From Candidatus Hadarchaeota archaeon (GTDB lineage: Archaea > Hadarchaeota > Hadarchaeia > Hadarchaeales > Hadarchaeaceae): a DNA stretch of 32,000 nucleotides. Made by a program: the position numbers and the translations under genes. The notes below the pieces were generated by a model. The model ran no database searches. It was not told the DNA's origin and saw nothing but the letters and a program-made list of their open reading frames with translations. Positions 24,814 through 32,000 of this stretch are shown in pieces (position 1 is the first letter of the stretch; each line of letters begins with the position of its first letter). Location of the stretch: assembly GCA_964514965.1 (NCBI GenBank), contig CAZETV010000001.1, forward strand, positions 540,001-572,000, in the 5' to 3' direction.

Positions 24814-24898
24814 GATGTTCCCTTCCTCTCGATGGCGTCTCGACTTGAAAGCCAGCGGTCCACGTTTGATAGACTTGTAATGGGGAAATCTCCGCACC

Positions 24899-25714
24899 CT
24901 ACCACCCACATGCTACTCTTACAATATCTGAACGACTCACAATTCCCACGAGGTTGCCCTCATCGACGACTGGGAGCCTTCCAACGTTGCGTTTGAGCAT
25001 GACTTCGATGGCTTCGGTGAGAGGCACCTTGGGAGAAACGGTTATCGCGGGAGTGCGCATGAGATTTCGCACCTTGGTAGATGGACGCCCACCCTTTGCC
25101 GATTCCTCTGCCAATCGAATTTCTCCTGAGCGAATTATGTCCGAGCGGGTTACCATGCCGACTACCTCGAGCTTGTGTTTTTGCTTGTCGTAGCGTGTTA
25201 CCGGCACACCCGAATAGCGATTTTGTTCCATGATGCCCCAGACGCGAGATATCTCGTCATCTCGTTCGCAAATTACAACCTTCTTGACCATGACGTCCCC
25301 GACCGTAAGCTTCGACTTCATCCTCTCCACAATTTTGAGGATGTCATCCAGCTTGATGAGTCCGATCACAGTTTTATCGCTGTAGCTCTGAACCACCGGC
25401 ACATTTGATATCCCAAGCCGGACCATGTCTTTTGCAATCTTAGCTAAATCGCTTGCGGGGGTTGCGATGAGTTGTGAAGGGAACATGAGACCTGCGACGG
25501 GGATGTTGGAGCGGGTTGAGGTAATGCGAATGATTTGTTGGGCAGTGATGATTCCCTCGAGCCTCCCCCCATCGATGACGGGAAGGGCTCGAAAGCCGCT
25601 CGAGCGCATGACTGCCCGAGCTCTGGTGATTAGGTCCCGTGAGCTAACAAAAATGAGGCAGGGCTGCATCACATCGCTGATGCTGACCCGCATGAGCAGG
25701 CCCCGGCATGCCAT
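24899..25714 (-). CDS. CBS-domain protein (four CBS repeats)
   Basis: CBS signatures: FRALPVI, GIITAQQI, ISNVPVV, GLIKLDDI, YSGVPV, GMVTRSDI, VGRLPVV, GIVSRSDI. Confidence 0.8.
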   Translation of the reverse strand: MACRGLLMRVSISDVMQPCLIFVSSRDLITRARAVMRSSGFRALPVIDGGRLEGIITAQQIIRITSTRSNIPVAGLMFPSQLIATPASDLAKIAKDMVRLGISNVPVVQSYSDKTVIGLIKLDDILKIVERMKSKLTVGDVMVKKVVICERDDEISRVWGIMEQNRYSGVPVTRYDKQKHKLEVVGMVTRSDIIRSGEIRLAEESAKGGRPSTKVRNLMRTPAITVSPKVPLTEAIEVMLKRNVGRLPVVDEGNLVGIVSRSDIVRVACGW

Positions 25715-25722
25715 TCCACCAT

Positions 25723-26271
25723 CTACCCGCCCACAGTGTCGCGGCAGTTCTCACAAACCCACATACCGTTTACTTCGGAGAGGGCAGTTGTAACCTCGCC
25801 GCAGACCTCGCATACGCTCTGCCCGACCTCCTCGCGCTCGAACATCTCTGAGTGCGAGACTAATTCAGTGAGTTCGGGAGAAATCGCGGTGATGTCACTT
25901 GCGGTGAGGATACCTATGAGGATTCCTTTTTCGACCACTGGCAAACGTCTAATCTTGCTGTGGGCCATCATTCGCGCGGCATCGGTTATGTCTATGTTGG
26001 GGCTAATCGTCATTATTGGACTCGACATGATCTTGCCGATCTTGACTTTGCTAGGTTTCAAATCCAAACTCACAACTTTCATCAACAGATCCCGTTCGGT
26101 CAAAATTCCTACTGGCTTCTTTTTCTTCACAATAATTATACTTCCCACTCCGCGCTCGGCCATGAGTTTCGCTGCCCGGTTGACAGTAGTGTTTGGGCCT
26201 GCAGTGAGAACCTTGTCAGCCATCGCGTCTCTGACTGAAGCAACACGCTTCACGGATTCACCGTTCTTCAA
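25723..26271 (-). CDS. CBS-pair protein with a C-terminal zinc ribbon
   Basis: Two CBS repeats (GILTERDL, IRRLPVV, GILTASDI) followed by CEVCGEVTT...WVCENC. TTG/GTG start. Confidence 0.75.
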   Translation of the reverse strand: MKNGESVKRVASVRDAMADKVLTAGPNTTVNRAAKLMAERGVGSIIIVKKKKPVGILTERDLLMKVVSLDLKPSKVKIGKIMSSPIMTISPNIDITDAARMMAHSKIRRLPVVEKGILIGILTASDITAISPELTELVSHSEMFEREEVGQSVCEVCGEVTTALSEVNGMWVCENCRDTVGG

Positions 26272-26323
26272 TATGGATTATGGTATTTAAAAACTTACAA
26301 TACTAAACTTCAACGGGTTTAAC

Positions 26324-27031
26324 TTGGTCGAAGAGTGGAAGCGTGCAGCGGCCGAGGCGGCGGCGAAGCTTGTAAAGGGACACATGTTCGTTGGCCTAGG
26401 CTCGGGCACGACGGTCGCGCTGGTTGTTCGGGCCCTAGCGAAGTTGAGGCCCAAGGCGGTCTTCATCCCGAGTTCCTTCTCCACCCAGAGGCTTGCGAAC
26501 GAGTTGGGATTAAAACTAAGTTCACTCGATGTCCACGAAAAACTCGATCTAATGATTGATGGAGCCGATGAAGTCGACCCGAATTTCAACCTGATCAAAG
26601 GAGGAGGTGGAGCTCACACCCGCGAGAAAATCGTTGCGAGCGCGGGACAAAAAGTTGTCATCGTTGCGGACCGGACAAAATTGGTCAGACGCTTGGGTGA
26701 GCGCATGTCCGTGCCGGTCGAGGTTTTGCCCTTCTCGCGCGAGTACACGATGAAACATCTGGCGAAGCTCGGCGGAGAACCTAAGCTGAGGATGACTCCG
26801 GCTGGAACACCTTTTGTGACCGATAACGGCAACTACATCGTGGACGTGAAGTTCGCGCGGATAGCTAAACCAGCTCAGCTCGAGGCGGCGATCAATCGCG
26901 TGCCGGGTGTTGTTGAAAACGGGATTTTTGTGGACGTCGCAGACCTGGTGCTAGTTGGATATGAAAGAGGCTGCGCAAAACTGCGATCGAAGAAAGATTT
27001 TCTGAAGTTTGTGCAAAGCGTCAAAGCTTAA
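26324..27031 (+). CDS. rpiA: Ribose-5-phosphate isomerase A
   Basis: VGLGSGTTVA, MIDGADEVD and LIKGGGGAHTREKIVA are canonical RpiA motifs. TTG start. Confidence 0.9.
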   Translation: MVEEWKRAAAEAAAKLVKGHMFVGLGSGTTVALVVRALAKLRPKAVFIPSSFSTQRLANELGLKLSSLDVHEKLDLMIDGADEVDPNFNLIKGGGGAHTREKIVASAGQKVVIVADRTKLVRRLGERMSVPVEVLPFSREYTMKHLAKLGGEPKLRMTPAGTPFVTDNGNYIVDVKFARIAKPAQLEAAINRVPGVVENGIFVDVADLVLVGYERGCAKLRSKKDFLKFVQSVKA

Positions 27032-27056
27032 GAATTTGAGACATGAATTGATTAGT

Positions 27057-27175
27057 GCCGGAGTAGCTCAAGCGGTCCGAGCGCGAGACTCATAACCTTA
27101 CTAGCGGTTGTGAGTGCTGATTTACGAGATGATGTGAGAAATCTCGAGGTCGGGGTTCGACTCCCCGCTCCGGCA
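27057..27175 (+). tRNA. tRNA-Met(CAT), elongator type (tRNA-Ile2 not excluded), with a 46-nt intron at 37/38
   Basis: Acceptor GCCGGAG / CTCCGGC with A73. D arm GCTC-AAGCGGTCC-GAGC. Anticodon stem CGAGA / TCTCG with loop CT-CAT-A|intron|A (CAT at 27091-27093). T arm CGGGG-TTCGACT-CCCCG. Intron is about 27095-27140. G1:C72 argues against an initiator tRNA. Confidence 0.9.
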
Positions 27176-27267
27176 TCAATCCAGTAAAAACTTTCAGACC
27201 TCCATCAAGGATTGACGGCACTAAATAATTTATATAGGGTTGGCTCCAAGTTTGCGGAGGTGATAGT

Positions 27268-27945
27268 TTGCTGAAAACACCAATCGTAATCGTGAACTTC
27301 AAAACCTACCCTCAATCGGTGGGCGAGCGAGCTGTGGAACTTGCCAAGGCAATCGCCGAGGTGGCCGAGGAGGAGGGGATAAGCGTCGCGGTTGCCCCTC
27401 AGAACCTCGATCTTTATCGGGTCGCGAGTCAGGTCGACATACCAGTTCTCGCGCAGCACGTTGACTCCATTGCCCCGGGTGCCCGCACGGGATGGTTGCT
27501 AGCAGAGACGGTGAAGGCGACAGGGGCTATTGGCTCGTTGATCAATCACTCGGAGCACCAGATTCAGTCCGAGGAAATCGAGAAGGTGGTAAAGCGTCTG
27601 CGAGAAGTAGAGTTAACGAGCGTGGTTTGTGCGAAGGACCCGGAGGTCTGTAAGAAGGTCGCGGCATTCAAACCAGATATGGTCGCGGTCGAGCCTCCAG
27701 AACTGATAGGGACAGGTCAACCGGTGTCAAAAGTCAAGCCCGAGGTAGTGAGCGACGCGGTAAAATTAGTACACGAGGTCAACCCTGATGTCCGAGTGCT
27801 CTGCGGAGCGGGGATAACAAGCGGCGAAGACACGCAAATCGCGCTGGAGCTGGGTGCCGAGGGCGTGCTACTTGCCTCGAGCGTTGTGAAGGCTGCCGAC
27901 CCACGAGCGGCGATGTTGGACGTCGCGAAGGGAATAACTAAGTGA
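27268..27945 (+). CDS. tpiA: Triosephosphate isomerase (short archaeal type)
   Basis: 225 aa. IVIVNFKTY, GSLINHSEH, MVAVEPPELIGTG and LCGAGITSGED are archaeal TIM motifs. TTG start. Confidence 0.9.
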   Translation: MLKTPIVIVNFKTYPQSVGERAVELAKAIAEVAEEEGISVAVAPQNLDLYRVASQVDIPVLAQHVDSIAPGARTGWLLAETVKATGAIGSLINHSEHQIQSEEIEKVVKRLREVELTSVVCAKDPEVCKKVAAFKPDMVAVEPPELIGTGQPVSKVKPEVVSDAVKLVHEVNPDVRVLCGAGITSGEDTQIALELGAEGVLLASSVVKAADPRAAMLDVAKGITK

Positions 27946-28038
27946 AACGAAATTAGGTAGTAGCGTGAGGGCGTTCTCGCAAACAAAGATAATTTTCTTC
28001 TCTACAGCATTTGCGTTCGTGACTTTAGAATTGGAAAA

Positions 28039-28665
28039 TCAGCTCTTCCCCGCCAATACTTTGAGAACATCGACGGGCTTTCCTTTGAGCTTCGTTTCTA
28101 GCTCCAACAGAAATCGGTCAGCGGGATCCCCCCCGAGTTGCCAGAGGTCGACGTAGATTTGAGCAAGCGTAGCCGCACCGTTCTTGTTCGTCTGCGCTAA
28201 ATGTGGGTCCGGACTCAACACAAAAACGTTTTTTCGTTCAGCGGGACTTTCTGGGAACCTTCGTCGCACCTCATCGGGATTGGCGTAAACGAATATCTCT
28301 TCGTAATGGGTTGGGGTTCCCCTAAATCTCCGCCGGTAGCCGGAAAATGCCGTGAAGACAGCACCGCGGGGCATCCCATCCTCGATCTTGGAAACCGAAT
28401 TGGGTGAGTAAGTCGAGTAGGAGATATCGCCGGCAAGGTTGCGAGTGCAGGCCCAGTAGGTGAGAACCTTCTCCGGATTCACCACTCTGAACCCGAGGGG
28501 CTTCTTCTTGATCGTGTGGAACTGGTTGAGCTTGGTCACCACGCGGTTCACTGTATCCATTGACAGCTCACACGCCTGCGCAAGCGATTTCTGACTCATA
28601 AAGAGCTCATTCTGCTCATAGACTCGGTAAAGAATCTCTCGCAGAACACGATTAATTTTCTTCAC
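28039..28665 (-). CDS. wHTH DNA-binding protein with an uncharacterised C-terminal domain
   Basis: wHTH segment REILYRVYEQNELFMSQKSLAQACELSMDTVNRVVTKLNQFHTIKKKPLGFRVVN. GTG 28665 is the preferred start because the N-terminal 39 aa of the track ORF lie in AT-rich promoter-like DNA. The C-terminal ~130 aa are unassigned. Confidence 0.5.
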   Translation of the reverse strand: MKKINRVLREILYRVYEQNELFMSQKSLAQACELSMDTVNRVVTKLNQFHTIKKKPLGFRVVNPEKVLTYWACTRNLAGDISYSTYSPNSVSKIEDGMPRGAVFTAFSGYRRRFRGTPTHYEEIFVYANPDEVRRRFPESPAERKNVFVLSPDPHLAQTNKNGAATLAQIYVDLWQLGGDPADRFLLELETKLKGKPVDVLKVLAGKS

Positions 28666-28838
28666 GTATCTACCGATGTATAACCCTCTTATTAACGTAA
28701 CGAATACCCAACAAACGCTGAACTTTCTTATCAATGTTTCGTGGAAAACCGATATATTTATATCTAAAAATTTCATAATCATAGTAGTAGCAAAATTAGC
28801 AAAGCTATTTATGCACGTTTTTCAAGAAAACTATCCGT

Positions 28839-29564
28839 ATGAAGTGTCCTCGATGTGGATATGAGTGGGAGTCGAAGATCCCAAAACCAAAGGAATGCCC
28901 GCGGTGTAAAGGGAGATTGGATTATCAATACGCGGGGGCACCCAGAATTAAAATGGAAAAAAAGGAGGTGAGAAAAGAGATGACCAGTAAACTTCCTTGG
29001 GTAGCAGCAGCAACCATCATAGTGATAGTAGTAGGACTAGGGGCATGGACGCTTTTGGGACAAGCACCCGCAGGAACCGCCACCATAACGGGAATTGCAG
29101 GAACAGGAACTGTCTTCGCTGCCAGTATACCACTCGACACCGCCTCGGGAATAGAGAACGTGTACATAATACAGCATGGCAACTACAATGAAAATGACAA
29201 CTTATGCGGGAATGAGAATATTCTTGGTGTCATCACAGCCACTTTGGGATCTGTGAACATCGCTTATGAGACGTCCTTCGACATCGTCGTCGCCGTAAAA
29301 TCGGGATCTGACAACATGGCCTACGTCACGATAGACAACATGAAAGTGGGATTAGCTATCACCGGATCGTTTACCCAAACTGACGAAAACGCTCCCGGTA
29401 CCTATTCTCACATGGCCCCAGTACCGTACGAAAACAGCAACTACGGCACGACTTCTGGCTGGCTCCGCATAAACGCAGTGTGGGACAACAATAACAACGG
29501 TTACAAGCTACCAGCCAACGGGACTCTTACCCTAGAAAACATAAACCTGTGGGGCTGGAAGTAG
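28839..29564 (+). CDS. Membrane-anchored protein: N-terminal zinc ribbon, one TM helix, beta-rich extracellular domain
   Basis: CPRCGYEW...CPRCKG zinc ribbon, TM helix LPWVAAATIIVIVVGLGAWTLL, then an Asn/Gly/Thr-rich C-terminal domain. Confidence 0.55.
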   Translation: MKCPRCGYEWESKIPKPKECPRCKGRLDYQYAGAPRIKMEKKEVRKEMTSKLPWVAAATIIVIVVGLGAWTLLGQAPAGTATITGIAGTGTVFAASIPLDTASGIENVYIIQHGNYNENDNLCGNENILGVITATLGSVNIAYETSFDIVVAVKSGSDNMAYVTIDNMKVGLAITGSFTQTDENAPGTYSHMAPVPYENSNYGTTSGWLRINAVWDNNNNGYKLPANGTLTLENINLWGWK

Positions 29565-29584
29565 AGACCTAGCTCCTAAGCCCC

Positions 29585-29598
29585 TTTTTTTATTTTTT
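29585..29598 (+). terminator. Oligo-T archaeal terminator candidate
   Basis: T7-A-T6 run starts 21 nt after the stop codon at 29564. Confidence 0.35.
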
Positions 29599-29706
29599 CT
29601 GATTTAGCGCTAGCTATAGATCAAACACGAAAAGAAAGATCCCGATGCGAAGTAAATAACTTATATCTCTCGAGTAATTACCTACTTAGTTGAAAGGTGA
29701 AACGTG

Positions 29707-30189
29707 ATGGACAAGAAGACGACGACAATCTTCGCGCTTCTCGTTCTGGTTACGGTCACTGGAGTCGGGTGGCTCAGCTCTGAGTTGAGGTCTGAACGAG
29801 CGCGTCCTCTCCCCGGAGGGATAGAGAATTGGACCGAGCTATTTCATGGATATGAGGCCTACCTCGATCAAAACATCTATTACTCCACCGTTAGCGGAAC
29901 CAGCATGGAGCCAACTTTCGGGGAAAACGACAAGGTCCTCTGGGTAGAAGTCGACCCGTCAGAGCTCAAAGTTGGCGATATTATTGTTTATGATCACCCG
30001 ACTAAACCAGCGGAGGGAACCATCGTTCACAGGATAATCAAAATAATGAAAAATGGAGAATATCGATTTGAAACCAAAGGAGACAATCGATCGGAATCGG
30101 ACGCGGAAACTGCCATCAGCGCTTATTATGTATCGGAGAACGACCTCAAGGGCCTCGTGATCGGCGTGATATACTCCTATAACCCTTAG
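29707..30189 (+). CDS. Type I signal peptidase (S26 family, SipW/Sec11-like)
   Basis: N-terminal TM anchor. Catalytic Ser box VSGTSMEPTFGEND. GDN box ETKGDNRSESD. GGTGA RBS. ATG one codon after the track's GTG. Confidence 0.75.
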   Translation: MDKKTTTIFALLVLVTVTGVGWLSSELRSERARPLPGGIENWTELFHGYEAYLDQNIYYSTVSGTSMEPTFGENDKVLWVEVDPSELKVGDIIVYDHPTKPAEGTIVHRIIKIMKNGEYRFETKGDNRSESDAETAISAYYVSENDLKGLVIGVIYSYNP

Positions 30190-30657
30190 AATCACGGATT
30201 ATCAGTGCAAACACGCGCGATATCCGTGAAATCTGCACAAAGGATAACTGCCCTTCTCAATCTTATTCTGTAACTTGTAATAACGCCAAACCTTTCTTTA
30301 ACCCAATCCATTTTACACACTCACTCTTCCCAACCGGCTCAATTCACCATTTGCGCTTATGCAGGGCCGCTATCTTCTCTTCGCCTTTGTGCCCCATTAT
30401 CGATTCAGTACCAAAGAGGGAGATAATCTACAGAAAACAAACAGGCCCACCTGCTAGAGAACTCGACCTAACTTTCGTCGCCTCTAATAGCTGATGTCGT
30501 TCTTTGATTATTTTCGTTTATTGTTGGATAAGTCCATTTTTTTATATATCTCGAAAAAATCCGAAATCGGTTTAGTCTAAACAATTTTGCAAGTTATTTT
30601 TAAAGGTTTCGATAAAAGCCGTAACGGCTAGATTATATTTCCAACCTTAAATATGCC

Positions 30658-30784
30658 AAAAATTACATTAAAAGTGCTGTAAAATGGCCTAAAAATAGGT
30701 AAAAAAAGTGGCATGTAAAAAAAGATAATAATCATGAAAAAATGTCAAAAAGTTGAAAAAAATGGTAAAAAAGGATACAAAAAA
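30658..30784. repeat. Phased A-tract array (intrinsically curved DNA candidate)
   Basis: Eleven A4-A7 runs start at 30658, 30670, 30681, 30691, 30701, 30717, 30737, 30747, 30756, 30767 and 30779. Most are spaced 9-12 bp apart. The array spans the promoter and 5' end of the wHTH gene. Confidence 0.6.
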
Positions 30785-31118
30785 TTTGCGGCGACCTCCC
30801 AAGGAAATGCCTATCCAAACCGTAGGGAGGGTGCTCCTTTCCAATGGTAAGGTCAGCCAGACTGACCTATACCTAGCCACGGGATTCCCTTCTTGGAAAA
30901 TTTCGCGGTTATCAAGGCGATTGGAGATTTTGGGATTCATCGATGTCGAGAATGAGCCTCGTTTCACCCGGGGCCGCCCCAGAAAGTTCTGCAGGCTCAC
31001 ATCGAGCGGAATCGAGTACTTCACAGACATGCTGAGGAAGGCCGGTAACGGGGGAAATGCTGGAAATCACGACCCCATACAATCCGTCGCTAAGGAGGAT
31101 GAGCTCTGTGGACAGTAA
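30762..31118 (+). CDS. MarR/wHTH-like transcriptional regulator
   Basis: SQTDLYLATGFPSWKISRLSRRLEILGFIDVENEPRFTRGRPRKFCRLTSSG is a wHTH with a wing. ATG 30762 is preferred over TTG 30753. Confidence 0.5.
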   Translation: MVKKDTKNLRRPPKEMPIQTVGRVLLSNGKVSQTDLYLATGFPSWKISRLSRRLEILGFIDVENEPRFTRGRPRKFCRLTSSGIEYFTDMLRKAGNGGNAGNHDPIQSVAKEDELCGQ

Positions 31119-32000
31119 GCGAGGGACTGGACGAAGCCGATTAGGGCAGAGGGTTGGCTCGTTAGCTATGCCTGTTCTACTCGTGCTGTTCTTGCTCAAC
31201 GCACCCGCAGCGGCCGCGATTGCCAGCACGCAAGACGCTGGATCTCAACCTGCAGAAAATCAACCAACGGACAACCAAATATCTGATAATTATTCCCTCA
31301 TTGAGACTTGGACTGGGGACGTTCAAACCTTAGCTGCGTGGCAACTCGTCGAGACGTGGACTGGGGTCATGTCCAAAAATCAATCTCCCGATAACCAGAC
31401 GACCGAGAACCAAATCGTGCCTGAAAATCAGAGCATCGATAATCAAGTTGCCATTGGGGTAACGTTAGATAGACAACTATCCGGAGATCGGGTCGGTCAG
31501 CACAAGACGCCACCGCTCTCCTCCGTGAACGTGACTATCACCGCGACCGTTTCAAGTCAGGTGGAAAACGCGGTTCTGGTTGATTATTTCCCGAGCGATT
31601 GGACCGTGACCGACGCGAATGGAGGGACAGTCAACCTCAACACGATAGAGTGGAGCGTTGGCTCGGTCAGCGATTCCGTTTCTAGATCATATGTGATCAT
31701 GTCCCCACAACTAACGTCACCACCGACTAAGTATTACTTCCACTCCGAGCTGGCCTACCAAGGAGAGAGCGGGGTCAGCGATGACTGGCGGGTTATTGTT
31801 GCAGATCCTCCAGATATTGAAACAATAAGGCCAACGGATGCTTTTATTTCTCCAAATAAGTGGACTACACCAGCAAATGGCTATGATGGCAATACTGGAA
31901 CCAGCACTTTTTACTCCGACATAAACAAAACTCCCTCTATTTCTTTTGGTGGCGCCTCAGCCGGAGAGACTACGAATGCTTGGCAAACCAAGTCCCAAAC
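31108..32000 (+). CDS. Secreted/cell-surface protein, partial (runs off the window end)
   Basis: Frame 1 is open from GTG 31108 (GGAGG 10 nt upstream; alternative ATG 31168) to the window end. It is not in the supplied track because it has no stop. Signal-peptide-like KRGTGRSRLGQRVGSLAMPVLLVLFLLNAPAAAAIA. Asn/Gln/Asp-rich repeats and a duplicated ETWTG motif. Confidence 0.55.
   Translation, partial: MDSKRGTGRSRLGQRVGSLAMPVLLVLFLLNAPAAAAIASTQDAGSQPAENQPTDNQISDNYSLIETWTGDVQTLAAWQLVETWTGVMSKNQSPDNQTTENQIVPENQSIDNQVAIGVTLDRQLSGDRVGQHKTPPLSSVNVTITATVSSQVENAVLVDYFPSDWTVTDANGGTVNLNTIEWSVGSVSDSVSRSYVIMSPQLTSPPTKYYFHSELAYQGESGVSDDWRVIVADPPDIETIRPTDAFISPNKWTTPANGYDGNTGTSTFYSDINKTPSISFGGASAGETTNAWQTKSQ

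Noticed and set aside
30689-31229. Minus-strand ORFs of 113 aa and 105 aa overlapping the wHTH gene and the start of the secreted-protein gene
   Set aside because: They are antisense to better-supported plus-strand genes, partly translated from the A-tract array (poly-Phe/Lys artefacts), and have no motifs.

Overview
Archaeal chromosome window. Evidence for archaeal origin: an archaeal-type 225-aa triosephosphate isomerase, Mre11/Rad50, intron-containing tRNAs (one with two introns, which suggests a TACK/Thermoproteota-like lineage) and oligo-T terminators. The left half (1 to ~17.1 kb) looks like an accessory/defence island, mostly one co-directional minus-strand gene array. It contains: (i) an 834-aa slicer-dead Argonaute with an N-terminal PD-(D/E)xK-like domain; (ii) an unexplained GC-rich structured region with a 30-nt direct repeat; (iii) two membrane protease-like genes (transglutaminase-like and CPBP/PrsW-like); (iv) a 549-bp AT-rich ASCH-like cassette bracketed by a perfect 16-bp direct repeat; (v) an Eco57I-like type IIG restriction-modification enzyme with a companion methyltransferase and a small wHTH gene; (vi) an AT-rich, translationally coupled HEPN (Rx4H) + rhomboid protease pair; (vii) a divergent Mre11-Rad50 pair coupled to two unknown genes instead of HerA/NurA. 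The right half is mostly housekeeping: an ArsR-ABC exporter operon flanked by tRNA 3'-end-like fragments, a tautomerase, an MFS transporter, DUF169, tRNA-Gly(CCC), four tandem CBS genes, rpiA, tRNA-Met(CAT), tpiA, a signal peptidase, and secreted/membrane proteins. The tRNA-Met intron carries a box D'/C' motif with a guide placing C34 at the N+5 position. No CRISPR array, integrase or transposase was seen. All calls rest on motif reading by eye; no database search was possible.
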